From the IMG/VR virus record IMGVR_UViG_3300047357_000359, positions 9,728 to 73,727 of that record: a DNA stretch of 64,000 nucleotides; one strand, written 5' to 3'. A model generated the notes under the pieces. That model was not told the DNA's origin. It was given only the letters and a program-made list of their open reading frames with translations, and did no database searches. The position numbers were made by a program, and so were the translations under genes. Shown piece by piece: positions 1 through 10,329 of this stretch (position 1 is the first letter of the stretch; every line of letters begins with the position of its first letter). This DNA is from a virus.

Positions 1-70
1 TAACTGTTATATACAGTATAAGGTCAGAAGGTTAGAAAGTCAACCGGTTTTGGTAAATTAAATTGAAAGA

Positions 71-337
71 TTAATAATGAAGCACGACCCTATCGGGTGA
101 AGTATCATTCCAATCAAATCCTTCTCTTTTGGCCTGTGCCTGGGCTCCCAATACTTCGTTAGGAATGAAAGTGAAATTCTCACCACATGATATGCAGACA
201 TCGCCATGAGTATCACCGTAGTGAGGACTCTCTGTAGTGAGCCATTCTAATCGTTTTGACTCCATTGTAGAGTGTAGTGACGAACAGCCTGTAGTGACGA
301 GGCCTATTAGTAAAATTAAACTTGCTTTTTTAATCAT
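71..337 (-). CDS. hypothetical lipoprotein
   Basis: Signal peptide with lipobox-like TTGC; GGAGG RBS upstream. Confidence 0.6.
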   Translation of the reverse strand: MIKKASLILLIGLVTTGCSSLHSTMESKRLEWLTTESPHYGDTHGDVCISCGENFTFIPNEVLGAQAQAKREGFDWNDTSPDRVVLHY

Positions 338-366
338 ATGTCTTAGGCCTCCATCCGCCTATTTAA

Positions 367-594
367 TTACTGAGCCTGTTTATTGAATAAAGATTTAATT
401 GAATTCCAAGTTCTACCTAGTTGTTCTTTACTGTCAGCCCAACTTTCTTTTTGGTATGCAATCGTTTTCTCTTTTTCATTAGTTGCCCAAGTGTTTACCT
501 TGTCAGCGATAGTATCGTGTGCCATAGCCTTAGTCGTTATCACAACCAAAAACACTATACAAGCGATCCATATCATTGTAGTTTTTGTTATCAT
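367..594 (-). CDS. hypothetical exported/membrane protein
   Basis: Hydrophobic N-terminus; start moved to 594 because the upstream part of the ORF overlaps a TTGACA-N17-TATATT promoter. Confidence 0.55.
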   Translation of the reverse strand: MITKTTMIWIACIVFLVVITTKAMAHDTIADKVNTWATNEKEKTIAYQKESWADSKEQLGRTWNSIKSLFNKQAQ

Positions 595-726
595 ACTATA
601 TAATATATACTCACTTGCCGTCATTGTCAACTGTTTTGGTTAAATTAAATCGACAGGCAGAGAAAGACTTCTAGAATACAACCTAAGATAGTTTTGGTAG
701 TTGTGATACGAGAATTGGGCTAGATG

Positions 727-1323
727 CTACAGCGGGGCCTTGGGTAATTCTTTGCCCGGATAGAACTCTGTAGTGGTCTTCCATTTTTCAACAGTAGGTT
801 CTGCTGATGCCACATGGTGTAAATGGATATTGGCCATGTCGTGTTTCTCTAGTTCTTCTAAGACTAGTGAGCTGTAGACAAATAGGTTAGTGATGTCTTT
901 TGCTGTAGTGATGACTTTATATAGTGAGGTGTTATTAGCACTCGTAGTGAAGGTCTGTATAGCAGTGACGCCATCAAACTTACTAAAGTCTTTGCTGTAT
1001 CTATTACCATGTAACCAAGTAATCTTATCAGGTATGCTGTTACTGTTCATTTTAATATCTTCTGCAACAAGTCCATGCATACTAACGTCTTTAAAGCCTG
1101 CTTCTATTAGTCTATCATATGTTATAGAGCCAATACAATGCACCTTTTGATCTAACAAAGGTTTAATATCGTGTTGATAGTGCCTAACGCAATCAATATG
1201 CGTGACAAGTAATGGTTGTATTGGTGCTACTATTTGGTCTGCTGTAGGTTCTGTTATTAAACATGGAAACCATTTACTATTGGCATCTAAACTAGGCTTG
1301 TTTAGCTGTGTGTAAACATTCAT
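727..1323 (-). CDS. uroporphyrinogen-III synthase (HemD)-like protein
   Basis: Ordered HemD-like segments: VYTQ, FPCLITEP, LLVTHIDCVR, VHCIGSITYDRLIEAGFKDV, ITWLHG, LFVYSS. Confidence 0.6.
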   Translation of the reverse strand: MNVYTQLNKPSLDANSKWFPCLITEPTADQIVAPIQPLLVTHIDCVRHYQHDIKPLLDQKVHCIGSITYDRLIEAGFKDVSMHGLVAEDIKMNSNSIPDKITWLHGNRYSKDFSKFDGVTAIQTFTTSANNTSLYKVITTAKDITNLFVYSSLVLEELEKHDMANIHLHHVASAEPTVEKWKTTTEFYPGKELPKAPL

Positions 1324-1469
1324 ATAGGTATTTACCACAAATTTGTAATATTATTAGTCATTATGATTGATGCAGAACAATCAAAATAGGCCCTTTCCAA
1401 ACCGTACAGCGGGGCCTATAATAAATACTATTACAAGCTGTTGTTCAACAGCACAAGAAGGAGAATCCC

Positions 1470-1694
1470 ATGTCAAACTTAAGAAACTTAAACATCAACC
1501 TAGAGGTTGGTCAACAGATCCTAGTGGGTCAAAACAACGAGCATGCCAAGATAACAAAGATTGAATACTTCGACAAGACTGGAGAGATTAGTATTAATAC
1601 TACTCGAGGTCCACGCAAAGCTCTAACATTTAAGTTATGTGATAACTCTGACAGTCAATCTTATTCTAGGAACCCTGCAGACAAATATAGATAA
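1470..1694 (+). CDS. hypothetical phage protein
   Basis: AGGAG RBS; preceded by ATAAATA late-type promoter. Confidence 0.65.
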   Translation: MSNLRNLNINLEVGQQILVGQNNEHAKITKIEYFDKTGEISINTTRGPRKALTFKLCDNSDSQSYSRNPADKYR

Positions 1695-1702
1695 ATATTT
1701 GT

Positions 1703-1942
1703 ATGAAGATATACGAAATAGACATTGAAGCTCTTGAAGAAGCGGCGGCAAGTGCAAAACTTTGTAAAAGCAATCGTTCAAACGATTCTTTAGGAGCAAG
1801 TGCTTTGGCCTCATGTAAGAGTCAAGGTTACCGAAGACGTGAAGGTGGTAAGTCACACAAGATAGGTGATAACCGCAAGAAGGTTGGAGGTAAGAAAATT
1901 AAAGGGAAAAAATATGGCGGGCCACTACCAGACTGGAGTTAA
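1703..1942 (+). CDS. small basic protein, putative head-internal protein
   Basis: N-terminal MKIYEI..LEE, Lys/Arg-rich; late-type promoter upstream. Confidence 0.55.
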   Translation: MKIYEIDIEALEEAAASAKLCKSNRSNDSLGASALASCKSQGYRRREGGKSHKIGDNRKKVGGKKIKGKKYGGPLPDWS

Positions 1943-1943
1943 G

Positions 1944-2486
1944 ATGGAAGACCTAAAAGGAAAACTTTTAGTTGCAACACCGGCGTTGGACAATGACGTT
2001 GTATTTCACCATAGTGTTGTTTACGTGTACGAGCATAGGAAAGACGGAGAACATGTAGGTGTTATCCTAAACAAACCTAGCGAGTTTCGTTGCACAAGCC
2101 TTGGAGCCCTTAAAGGAGTTGACTTTGCTCCTGCATTAGAAGATCAAGTTATCCACAAAGGTGGACCTGTTTCGGATACTTCAATTTTATTACTACACAC
2201 AAGTGAGTGGACCAGTACAAACACTATGACTGCAACAGAGGAAGTATGCATGACTAGTGATGCTTTAATGCTAGAAAAATTAGCAATGGGCAACGAGCCT
2301 AAGGGCTGGAGAATGTTTGCTGGTATGAGCGTATGGCAACGTGGGCAGTTAGAAGATGAGATCGCAAAAGGCGGTTGGTTAGTTGCAGAGCCTAGCAATC
2401 ATAGTATATTTGATTATGCTACTGAAGAACAATATGTTAAGGCAATTGATCTAGCGGCAAGTAAGACATTCTCTAACTACCTGTAG
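1944..2486 (+). CDS. YqgE/AlgH (UPF0301) family protein
   Basis: LKGKLLVATP, GVILNKP, GGPV, W..GQLEDEI..GGW motifs. Confidence 0.85.
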   Translation: MEDLKGKLLVATPALDNDVVFHHSVVYVYEHRKDGEHVGVILNKPSEFRCTSLGALKGVDFAPALEDQVIHKGGPVSDTSILLLHTSEWTSTNTMTATEEVCMTSDALMLEKLAMGNEPKGWRMFAGMSVWQRGQLEDEIAKGGWLVAEPSNHSIFDYATEEQYVKAIDLAASKTFSNYL

Positions 2487-2499
2487 GAAGGACTAAGCT

Positions 2500-2901
2500 A
2501 TGAAGAAGTTATTAAAAACATTTTCCACACTCGTCATTGCTTGTCTATTGTCTGGTGCGATGCTTACTCAATTGACTGCACAGGAACAAGACCAGCAACC
2601 ACAAGACCCAAATCAATACAAAATGCCAGGTATGATGAAACTACCTACATTTATAGACTGTGGACCATACGATGCTATACTAGGAATAGTACAAGGACAG
2701 TACGGTGAACAACCATTTGCAATATTTGAGTCATTCATTCAAATACCTAATGGGCAGATTATTACAGGGCCATCAGCACTATATGTTAATCAGCAAACAG
2801 GTACTTGGTCAGTTGTAGTTGAAATACAATCCGCAGGATTATGTATTGTTCAAATGGGTAAGAACTTTGGCCCTGCTAAAGCACCCGGCGTATCATTATA
2901 A
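2500..2901 (+). CDS. hypothetical exported protein
   Basis: Signal peptide, Cys pair, RBS. Confidence 0.6.
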   Translation: MKKLLKTFSTLVIACLLSGAMLTQLTAQEQDQQPQDPNQYKMPGMMKLPTFIDCGPYDAILGIVQGQYGEQPFAIFESFIQIPNGQIITGPSALYVNQQTGTWSVVVEIQSAGLCIVQMGKNFGPAKAPGVSL

Positions 2902-2974
2902 GCTAATATAATAAATACTCTTGTAGTAGAAATGTTGTTTAAATGCAACAATGCTACACATGGAAGGGTCTCTT

Positions 2975-3118
2975 ATGAGATTGCACAAGAGTTACGTGGA
3001 ACATGAAACTCAGCCAAAGAAAACAAGTATAGGGAATAACCATTCAAGAACAAAGTTTTCTTCGATGAATAAAAGTAAGAAGCGTAGTTATAAAAAATAT
3101 AGAGGACAAGGAAAATAA
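2975..3118 (+). CDS. small basic phage protein (47 aa, ends KKYRGQGK)
   Basis: Manually translated, not in ORF track; the C-terminal KYRGQG motif is typical of small proteins of marine T4-like phages. Confidence 0.6.
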   Translation: MRLHKSYVEHETQPKKTSIGNNHSRTKFSSMNKSKKRSYKKYRGQGK

Positions 3119-3122
3119 GAAC

Positions 3123-3563
3123 ATGTACACTTATAGAGCAGAGATAGTAAGAGTAGTAGACGGTGATACAGTTGATATTAATATTGACTTAGGGTTTGGC
3201 GTTTGGTTGAACGATGAACGTGTTAGACTTGCAGGCGTTGATACTCCAGAGTCTCGTACAAGTGATAAGGTTGAAAAGTTATTTGGTAAAGCCGCAGGTA
3301 GGTATGTTGAAGAACGTTTACCTGTTGGAAGTATGCAAGTACTTGTTACTAAGAAGTATGATAGTAAAGGTAAGTTTGGACGTATACTAGGTGACTTTGC
3401 ACTAGGAGAATCAAGTATCTGTAAACAGTTAATTGAGTCTGGTAATGCAGTTCCTTACAATGCACAAAACAAAGCTATGGTGCAAGAACAGCACATGGCT
3501 AATAGACAACGTCTTATCAATGAGGGTGTTGTTACACAAGATCAAATCAACGAAGTTAGTTGA
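3123..3563 (+). CDS. thermonuclease (SNase) family nuclease
   Basis: RVVDGDT, RVRLAGVDTPE, GKFGRILG. Confidence 0.9.
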   Translation: MYTYRAEIVRVVDGDTVDINIDLGFGVWLNDERVRLAGVDTPESRTSDKVEKLFGKAAGRYVEERLPVGSMQVLVTKKYDSKGKFGRILGDFALGESSICKQLIESGNAVPYNAQNKAMVQEQHMANRQRLINEGVVTQDQINEVS

Positions 3564-3572
3564 AAAGAAATG

Positions 3573-3608
3573 TATAACTCCAGCCGTTATAGTTAAGCTG
3601 GAGTTATA
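3573..3608. terminator. bidirectional intrinsic terminator
   Basis: 12-bp inverted repeat TATAACTCCAGC/GCTGGAGTTATA between convergent genes. Confidence 0.7.
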
Positions 3609-3613
3609 TTATT

Positions 3614-4084
3614 TTATTTAGATGTAGCCATATTACTCAAAGGATTTTCTAAAGCAAGTTTAATTTGCTTTTCAATCTTTTCCTCTAAGGCTCTCATATC
3701 TTCTTTGATAGATTTAACAGCATCATTAATATCTCTATTAAGTTCACGACTGTCTTCTTTAACTTTAGACTCTGTATCTTCTACAATAGTTTCAATGCGT
3801 CTAACATCTCCACGTAAGTCATTCTTTAGTTCTTTAGCTACTCCTGATACAAGTTCTACTTCTGCTAGTACCATGTCTAATTCACTTTGAATAACTTCTA
3901 GTCTTTTATCAAATCCACTAAGATCAGGTGCCACGTAAGCATCTATCTTCTTTTCCATCATAAGGTATCTGTTGTAGAGTTCAAAGCCTCCCCAAAGTCC
4001 ACCTATAATAGTACCAACTAAAGGCAAAACAAGTAACAATTTACTTCCGCCTATTTTGATACCTTTGTATTCTACTTCTGCCAT
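3614..4084 (-). CDS. membrane-anchored coiled-coil protein
   Basis: One TM helix followed by a heptad-rich region. Confidence 0.7.
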   Translation of the reverse strand: MAEVEYKGIKIGGSKLLLVLPLVGTIIGGLWGGFELYNRYLMMEKKIDAYVAPDLSGFDKRLEVIQSELDMVLAEVELVSGVAKELKNDLRGDVRRIETIVEDTESKVKEDSRELNRDINDAVKSIKEDMRALEEKIEKQIKLALENPLSNMATSK

Positions 4085-4094
4085 TTAGTATCTC

Positions 4095-6197
4095 CTATTG
4101 TTGTGTTTCGTATTGTTGCATGATCATCTCGTCCATGATTTTATCTTGCGCCATATCATACAGTATGCCTGCTGGGTCTAATAGCTGTGGCATGTCCGCA
4201 TAAATCTGTTCGCTTGTATACCAATCTAATGGTAAAGCGTTTTGTTTGTCTAAGTATGCCTTAAAGTTTTCTTGATCTGTTAAACTAGACATTAGTGCTA
4301 TCTTAGTAGCTTCGTTTATAGCACTATAAGTATCTGCCATTGCGGCTAAGATTCTAGTTGCAATCTTTTGTTTAGCCTTATCTACTGCCTCTTTGATGCG
4401 TTTTGCTTTTTGTTCTTTAGACTCAGTTCGTTTGGAAGCATTTCCTTTTTTAGCATCTCCGGATTTTCCTTTATCGTCGGCTTTGGATTCGGTTTTTGCT
4501 TCTTTGGTATCTCCTCCAGCATCAGACTCTCCACTATCTGACCCTTCACTTTCCTCTCCACTTTTATCCACTGACTGTTCCACATCACTACTGGACTCTT
4601 GGTCGGTCTCAGTTGTGTTCTCATCCGTCTCGGTTTCGGTTGATTCGCTTCCCTCACTTGTTTCCTCAGTTGATGTTTCCGTTTCTGCCGTAGTAGACTC
4701 TTCGCTACTTGCTTCACTTGTATTTACTTCTACTTCAGTAGTAGGTTCAGTTGTTTCTGTTGTAGTTGTTTCTACTTCAGCTGGTGCTGTCTCTACTTCT
4801 GCTACTGTAGTCTCTGGCATGTCTAATTCTGGTAGTTCTATTTCAGCTATAGCATCTGCAACAGCAACGTCAACTTGAGCACCAACATCTGCTTCAATTG
4901 ATTCTACACTAGGCATATCAACAGTTGTACTGCCAGAGTCAAAGCTATCAAGACTTGCTACTAGTGTTACTTCTGCTATTTGTTCTACTTGTACAACACC
5001 TGTTTCTAAGTTTGTTGAACTCATTTCTACAGTTGCTACATTGGCTGTTTCGTCTACTTCAACTGTAAATTCTAATTCAACGCCACCGCCATTACTGTCT
5101 ACTATTTCTATTTCAAATGACTCTACTTCTGCGTAGTTAATAGGTTCAATAACAGTATCAGCTACAGGATCGCCTATGTAAACACTTGTGAGTATTGACT
5201 CTTCTGAATTAAAAACTGTTTCTTGATTGCTTAAAATTATGTTTGTGATTGTTTCAGTGACTGACGTAATAGCATCATACGTTAATTTTATATAAGGATC
5301 AGAGAATATTGGTCCAAACATCTGTTGATGGTATCCTGCGTCAACTCCCCATAGATTCATCTTAGCCCAAACTGATTCGTATTGGTTCTGTGGTATTGTA
5401 TAGTTATAAGCGTAGGTTTGTGTTCCTGAATAAGTTAAAGTTTCGCGGTGGGTTAATGAAGCAACTCGAGTTCCGCCTTGTCCGCCAGGTGCTCCTGAGA
5501 ACATGTAAATAGATACTTTAATTAGATCTTTACAGTCTCCACTAGTACTAGAACAAACCGGCACAGTTGCGTTTGATTTGTGTGACTCAACAGTAACACC
5601 ATAATTTACATCAAAGCCTGCTTGTATCTCAGCTTCTGTCAACAGTTGGGTTATCTCAACATACTCAGAGCCAACTTGTCCACCACCTAGTGAATTAGAT
5701 CCATTAGGTTGCCAATTGATATCAGAGCTGGCATTTGAATTTGGAACATTTGCTTGTGGACCCATGCAGGCTTCACCTGTTTGTAATGTTCCACTATAGC
5801 TACAAGTACCACTGCCAACACTAACAGTACCTTGTGTACTCCAACCATTACTTGTGTCGATGGCTCCTAATTGATTAGCTGTGGTTGTTTCTACAGCAGT
5901 TGTAGTTGTAACTGTTTGTTGTTCTGATGTTGATATTTGTTCTATTACAGTTTCAGTGAATAGTGTAGTTGTAGTTGTTTCTTCGAAGCCACCATTTAGA
6001 CCAACTTCAGTGCCTGTAACAACAGATGTTACATCAACAGATGTTACAGTACCACCATTAGGTCCTGTGTCACCTACATTATACTGTTGGTCGTATGCTA
6101 AACTAGAGTAAGAATAACAACATAGCAAGACTACCAAGGCCCACGCCCCAAGTCGTTGCTTTGTTCTTCCATTCTTTTTCGTATGCTTCAAGATCAT
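4095..6197 (-). CDS. large exported acidic Thr/Glu-rich protein
   Basis: 700-aa ORF with signal-like segment, beta-rich N half and low-complexity acidic linker. Confidence 0.7.
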   Translation of the reverse strand: MILKHTKKNGRTKQRLGAWALVVLLCCYSYSSLAYDQQYNVGDTGPNGGTVTSVDVTSVVTGTEVGLNGGFEETTTTTLFTETVIEQISTSEQQTVTTTTAVETTTANQLGAIDTSNGWSTQGTVSVGSGTCSYSGTLQTGEACMGPQANVPNSNASSDINWQPNGSNSLGGGQVGSEYVEITQLLTEAEIQAGFDVNYGVTVESHKSNATVPVCSSTSGDCKDLIKVSIYMFSGAPGGQGGTRVASLTHRETLTYSGTQTYAYNYTIPQNQYESVWAKMNLWGVDAGYHQQMFGPIFSDPYIKLTYDAITSVTETITNIILSNQETVFNSEESILTSVYIGDPVADTVIEPINYAEVESFEIEIVDSNGGGVELEFTVEVDETANVATVEMSSTNLETGVVQVEQIAEVTLVASLDSFDSGSTTVDMPSVESIEADVGAQVDVAVADAIAEIELPELDMPETTVAEVETAPAEVETTTTETTEPTTEVEVNTSEASSEESTTAETETSTEETSEGSESTETETDENTTETDQESSSDVEQSVDKSGEESEGSDSGESDAGGDTKEAKTESKADDKGKSGDAKKGNASKRTESKEQKAKRIKEAVDKAKQKIATRILAAMADTYSAINEATKIALMSSLTDQENFKAYLDKQNALPLDWYTSEQIYADMPQLLDPAGILYDMAQDKIMDEMIMQQYETQQ

Positions 6198-6663
6198 TTT
6201 CCTTTAACCATTTCTCGTAATCGGGACGTTTCTCTGGATTCTCAGCCCATGCTTTCGCGGCTTCAATACCAATCTTCCCTTTGTACGGGCAAGGTGTTCC
6301 TGCCATCTCCATAGCGTTAAAGACTCTTGCATCTTGACATAATAAACTTACTGCCGCGACCTTCATACCCATACCATAAAGTGATCTAGATAGTTTTAGT
6401 CTTTCACAGTTTAAATCTCTGATTGTAGTACCACCGGCAATACCAAACACCTGTGTTTGTACTGCGGCACTAGTTCCTGTAGAACATACGTCTTGATTAT
6501 TAATCATCACGTTAGGAGCACTTGCTGTAGGCGGTGTTTTATCAACTGTAGTTGTACCAGTAACTGTTGATGTTACTGTATTAGTCTCAGCACTAACTGT
6601 CGTAGCTAGTGAAACAAACAAGCCAATCATCATGGCAGTTGTCAGTGTTACAATCTTATTCAT
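6103..6663 (-). CDS. conserved marine-phage exported Cys-containing protein
   Basis: Signal peptide, PPTASAP..C..D.NCERLKLSR..LLCQD..GTPCP, C-terminal TM. Confidence 0.7.
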   Translation of the reverse strand: MNKIVTLTTAMMIGLFVSLATTVSAETNTVTSTVTGTTTVDKTPPTASAPNVMINNQDVCSTGTSAAVQTQVFGIAGGTTIRDLNCERLKLSRSLYGMGMKVAAVSLLCQDARVFNAMEMAGTPCPYKGKIGIEAAKAWAENPEKRPDYEKWLKENDLEAYEKEWKNKATTWGVGLGSLAMLLFLL

Positions 6664-6710
6664 AAATTTAAAAACCCTATATTAGTAGCCCATACATATT
6701 TATCATTTAG

Positions 6711-6728
6711 GTGTAAATATATTTACAC
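6711..6728. promoter_or_regulatory. 18-bp perfect palindrome GTGTAAATATATTTACAC (candidate operator, copy 1)
   Basis: Identical copy at 16095-16112; both intergenic and near late-type promoters. Confidence 0.6.
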
Positions 6729-6791
6729 TTCAGCATTAAACACTAGGGTTTATCCAAGAATAAATACACTTACAGCCAGAGGATTAGTGAT

Positions 6792-7058
6792 ATGGAACAA
6801 ACTTATAAGGAAATTAAACAATATACACCACAACAAGAACAAGATATGCTTTGGAGTATGTTTGATGATCTTTGGCCGGAACATGAGATTGAAGTAGAGC
6901 GAACTCTATCAGCAGAATTAGCAGATGTAGAACGTAAAGCAATAGTGTTAGCCTTAGAAACTAACTGCGGAAATCAATCAAAAGCGGCAAGACAATTAGG
7001 AATGGGACGTACTTTATTAATACATAAGATTAAAAAATACGAATTAAATTCTATCTAA
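6792..7058 (+). CDS. Fis-like (HTH_8) DNA-binding protein
   Basis: VERKAIVLALETNCGNQSKAARQLGMGRTLLIHKIKKY. Confidence 0.85.
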   Translation: MEQTYKEIKQYTPQQEQDMLWSMFDDLWPEHEIEVERTLSAELADVERKAIVLALETNCGNQSKAARQLGMGRTLLIHKIKKYELNSI

Positions 7059-7140
7059 ATTGAACCCCAACCGGGTTTACAAAACTAAATAATTGTGTTA
7101 CATTAGTGACACTACACACATACACACAAAGGAGAACATA

Positions 7141-7440
7141 ATGAGCGTAGATACAAAATACGGTGAAGCCATCTTTAAACAGACCCAAGAGGTTGCAGAA
7201 ATGTTTAAATCGGCAATGCCAAAAATTACAACAAACAAGAACGGTTACGAAATTCGAGCTGAAGTATTAAAACTTGCTAGTGTTTCAGTCTGGAAGGACT
7301 ATTATGCTAAGTGGGACGGATATACTTTTTCTAAGGAAGGTGACACAGTTAAAGTTCAAATTGATGCACCTGTAGTACCTGGTACTGAAGAAGTCTTAGA
7401 AGCGGCTGAGAAGTTCTATGCTTTCATAAATCAAAAGTGA
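7141..7440 (+). CDS. hypothetical phage protein
   Basis: AAGGAG RBS before ATG 7141. Confidence 0.65.
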   Translation: MSVDTKYGEAIFKQTQEVAEMFKSAMPKITTNKNGYEIRAEVLKLASVSVWKDYYAKWDGYTFSKEGDTVKVQIDAPVVPGTEEVLEAAEKFYAFINQK

Positions 7441-7567
7441 AAGTAGTATAAGCCGAATTATAAGTAGGATATACAAAATGGTAGTGCATAGCACGGTACA
7501 AAACATATAGAGAGTAGCGAGGTCCTGTTAACACAAACGCATAGAGATTCATTGTTTACATGTCAAC

Positions 7568-8395
7568 ATGCAGTTAACAGGACTAAACCCTATTATGAAT
7601 GAATTAACACAAAAAGAATTAGATGAAGTATTTGCAAGGCTTGGCGCACAAGCTGAAGATAATATACGAGAATCTAAAGTTAAGCCAATGAACCCTGTGC
7701 TTAACTTATCACACCCAGACTTCTTTGAACAGTATGTAAAGAACATAGACTGGAAGCCCTTACAGAATCACGGCCTAGAACAATTACACAATAAATTTAA
7801 TTTAGAAACTATTGATCAAGACTGGCCAGGACAAATCAATGCGTACTTGGATTTGTTAACAGACATTAATTTAGATGGAGCCAAGATACTTGATGTTGGT
7901 TGTGGATGGGGTCGCGGAATTGATGTCCTTAGAAGATATTATAACATAAAGGTTCACGGCATAGACAATAACAAAGAGTTTATAGAGTATGCTAGAACTA
8001 ATTACCCTAACAACATTTACTTTACTAGTGGTAATACAGAGTTGAAAGACTATAACGTGCTATTGTTTTTAGATAGTATGCATGTGATGTTTGAGCAAAA
8101 ACTGTTTCATAGTGTTGCTCCGGATACACTATTAGTTGTATCAGACTTCTTTACAACAGACACATACGAGCAATTTAAGAACATGATTGAGATTGAAAAG
8201 TTTACTTGTTTGCTCGAAAAAGACCAAACAGAAGAAGTAATGAAAGCTATGACTAGAGACATAGACACACTTAAAACAAGGTTTAATAGCATAGAGCCAC
8301 ATATCGTTAATACATTTAAGCATATACAACTCAACCAATTACACCAGTTTGAGATAGGTCATACCAAACAATACAAGTTCGTTATCCAGACTTAG
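7568..8395 (+). CDS. class I SAM-dependent methyltransferase
   Basis: ILDVGCGWG motif I, HGID. Confidence 0.8.
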   Translation: MQLTGLNPIMNELTQKELDEVFARLGAQAEDNIRESKVKPMNPVLNLSHPDFFEQYVKNIDWKPLQNHGLEQLHNKFNLETIDQDWPGQINAYLDLLTDINLDGAKILDVGCGWGRGIDVLRRYYNIKVHGIDNNKEFIEYARTNYPNNIYFTSGNTELKDYNVLLFLDSMHVMFEQKLFHSVAPDTLLVVSDFFTTDTYEQFKNMIEIEKFTCLLEKDQTEEVMKAMTRDIDTLKTRFNSIEPHIVNTFKHIQLNQLHQFEIGHTKQYKFVIQT

Positions 8396-8424
8396 TATAA
8401 AATACGCACATAAATAGCTGTGCA

Positions 8425-9603
8425 ATGATTGACAAAACCCCATTTGAAAACACAGTTGATGATTTGAAAAAGTCAGGTAACTATCGAGTCTTTAACGACA
8501 TCTTACGTGAAAGAGGAGAGTTTCCTAATGCCATCTGGTATGGGAAGTATGCTATAAAAAATATAGTAAACTGGTGTTCAAATGATTACCTAGGAATGGG
8601 TCAGCATAAGGTGGTTCTAGACGCAATGCATACTGCACTTGATCAAACAGGAGCAGGATCAGGCGGGACTAGAAATATTGCGGGTACAAGTCATTATCAC
8701 GTTGCCCTAGAGAACGAACTCGCCCAACTGCATAGCAAAGGAGCGGCTTTACTCTATACATCAGCATATGTAGCAAATGAATGGACTCTAATTGCGTTAA
8801 AACGTATCATTCCCGACATTGTTTTTATTAGTGATAGCAAGAATCACGCTTCCCTCATTCAAGGAATACGAAACAGTGGTGCAGAAAAGAAAATATTTAG
8901 GCACAATGATCTTGAGCATTTAGAAGAACTACTGCGAGACGTCAAAGGCACACCTTGTATTGTCTTTGAGTCCGTGTATAGCATGGATGGATACGTCAGT
9001 GACATACCAGGCATTGTTGCTCTTGCTGAGAAGTACGGTGCTATTACATATCTCGATGAAGTCCACGCCGTTGGCCTGTATGGTGAAACAGGTGCAGGAT
9101 ATTCTGCAGAGCAAGGATCACAGGACAAAATCGATATACTGAATGGCACCTTAGGGAAAGCCTACGGAGTGCAGGGAGGATACATTGCAAGTGATAGTAT
9201 TATCATTGATGCTATTCGCTCTGTTGCTTCGGGGTTTATTTTTACTACTTCAATGAGTCCTGTTATTTGTGCAGGAGCATTAGCTAGTGTAAAATATTTG
9301 AGAGACCATAACGAACTACGAGAACAACACCAGGAACGAGCCAAAAGACTTAAGAAACTTCTTACCAACAGGGACATCCCTATCTTCGAAAATGTGACCC
9401 ACATCGTTCCTATTAAGATCGGAGATGCTAAGAAGTGTAAAGCTATAAGTGACGAACTTATAAATGAGTATGGAATTTACTGTCAAGCAATCAACTATCC
9501 AACAGTTGAAGTAGGTACGGAGCGCCTACGACTTGCGCCGACACCTTTCCATTCGAATGCAATGATGCATCAATTAATTGAAGCTCTACAGAAAGTACTA
9601 TAA
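8425..9603 (+). CDS. hemA: 5-aminolevulinate synthase
   Basis: WCSNDYLGM, GSGGTRNI, FESVYSMDG, DEVHAVGLYG, GTLGKAYG (PLP Lys). Confidence 0.95.
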   Translation: MIDKTPFENTVDDLKKSGNYRVFNDILRERGEFPNAIWYGKYAIKNIVNWCSNDYLGMGQHKVVLDAMHTALDQTGAGSGGTRNIAGTSHYHVALENELAQLHSKGAALLYTSAYVANEWTLIALKRIIPDIVFISDSKNHASLIQGIRNSGAEKKIFRHNDLEHLEELLRDVKGTPCIVFESVYSMDGYVSDIPGIVALAEKYGAITYLDEVHAVGLYGETGAGYSAEQGSQDKIDILNGTLGKAYGVQGGYIASDSIIIDAIRSVASGFIFTTSMSPVICAGALASVKYLRDHNELREQHQERAKRLKKLLTNRDIPIFENVTHIVPIKIGDAKKCKAISDELINEYGIYCQAINYPTVEVGTERLRLAPTPFHSNAMMHQLIEALQKVL

Positions 9604-9605
9604 CA

Positions 9606-10034
9606 ATGATGAAAAACTTTAATATAAAGAAAGCGTTTTGGTTTACGCTAGGATGTCTACTATTAGGTGTAGCGTTTGTAGGAATCTACCTACCAGGCTT
9701 ACCTTGGAGTACACCCGCAGTTGGTGCCGCATATTGTTTTGCGAAGTCAAGTGATAGAATGCACAACTGGATTATGAACCATAAACTATTTGGTCCGTTT
9801 CTACGTGGCTGGAGCGAGAAGAGAGTATTTCCAACTAAAGGAAAATATTTAATGATCGTAACAATGTGTTCAAGTTTAGTTATTATGTGGTTTACTACAG
9901 GTAACTTAAAAGCAATAGCATGGACTGGCGGCTTCATGGTCCTTGTTGCTATTTGGGCGTGGAGATATCCAGGTTCACATAAAGAACATGCTCTTAGAAA
10001 AGCAGAAGGCCGAAAGATAGCATGGCTGAAGTAG
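9606..10034 (+). CDS. YbaN/DUF454 inner-membrane protein
   Basis: G..LPGLP.STP...AAYCFAKSS.R.HNW..NHKLFGP. Confidence 0.85.
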   Translation: MMKNFNIKKAFWFTLGCLLLGVAFVGIYLPGLPWSTPAVGAAYCFAKSSDRMHNWIMNHKLFGPFLRGWSEKRVFPTKGKYLMIVTMCSSLVIMWFTTGNLKAIAWTGGFMVLVAIWAWRYPGSHKEHALRKAEGRKIAWLK

Positions 10035-10204
10035 ACTTTAATCAAATGAACGGCTTGGAGGTATTAGTGTATCTCCTTGCCAACGAACCAGCACTATGGG
10101 GAATAATTGGACTTGGTGTTATTGCATTTATAGGTAGTATGATATTTGATAAATGGAATGACAGAGAGCAAGTAAATCAAGATAACTACCCACATATGCA
10201 TTAA
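10022..10204 (+). CDS. small membrane protein
   Basis: Single TM; overlaps the end of ybaN. Confidence 0.5.
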   Translation: MAEVDFNQMNGLEVLVYLLANEPALWGIIGLGVIAFIGSMIFDKWNDREQVNQDNYPHMH

Positions 10205-10329
10205 TAGTTGGTAACCCACCTAGCTTTAACATACCTTAGACCATTTATGCTAGTTTAACTTATAAACTTCCTTCTTTAAATAATTGACTGAGTCGACGTT
10301 GACTTAGTATTTTAGAAAGGAGATCTTAT

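Noticed and set aside
4382-6111. Antisense and alternative-frame ORFs over the acidic protein (and similar shadow ORFs elsewhere)
   Set aside because: They are low-complexity mirror translations without an RBS; the coding strand is clear from operon structure.
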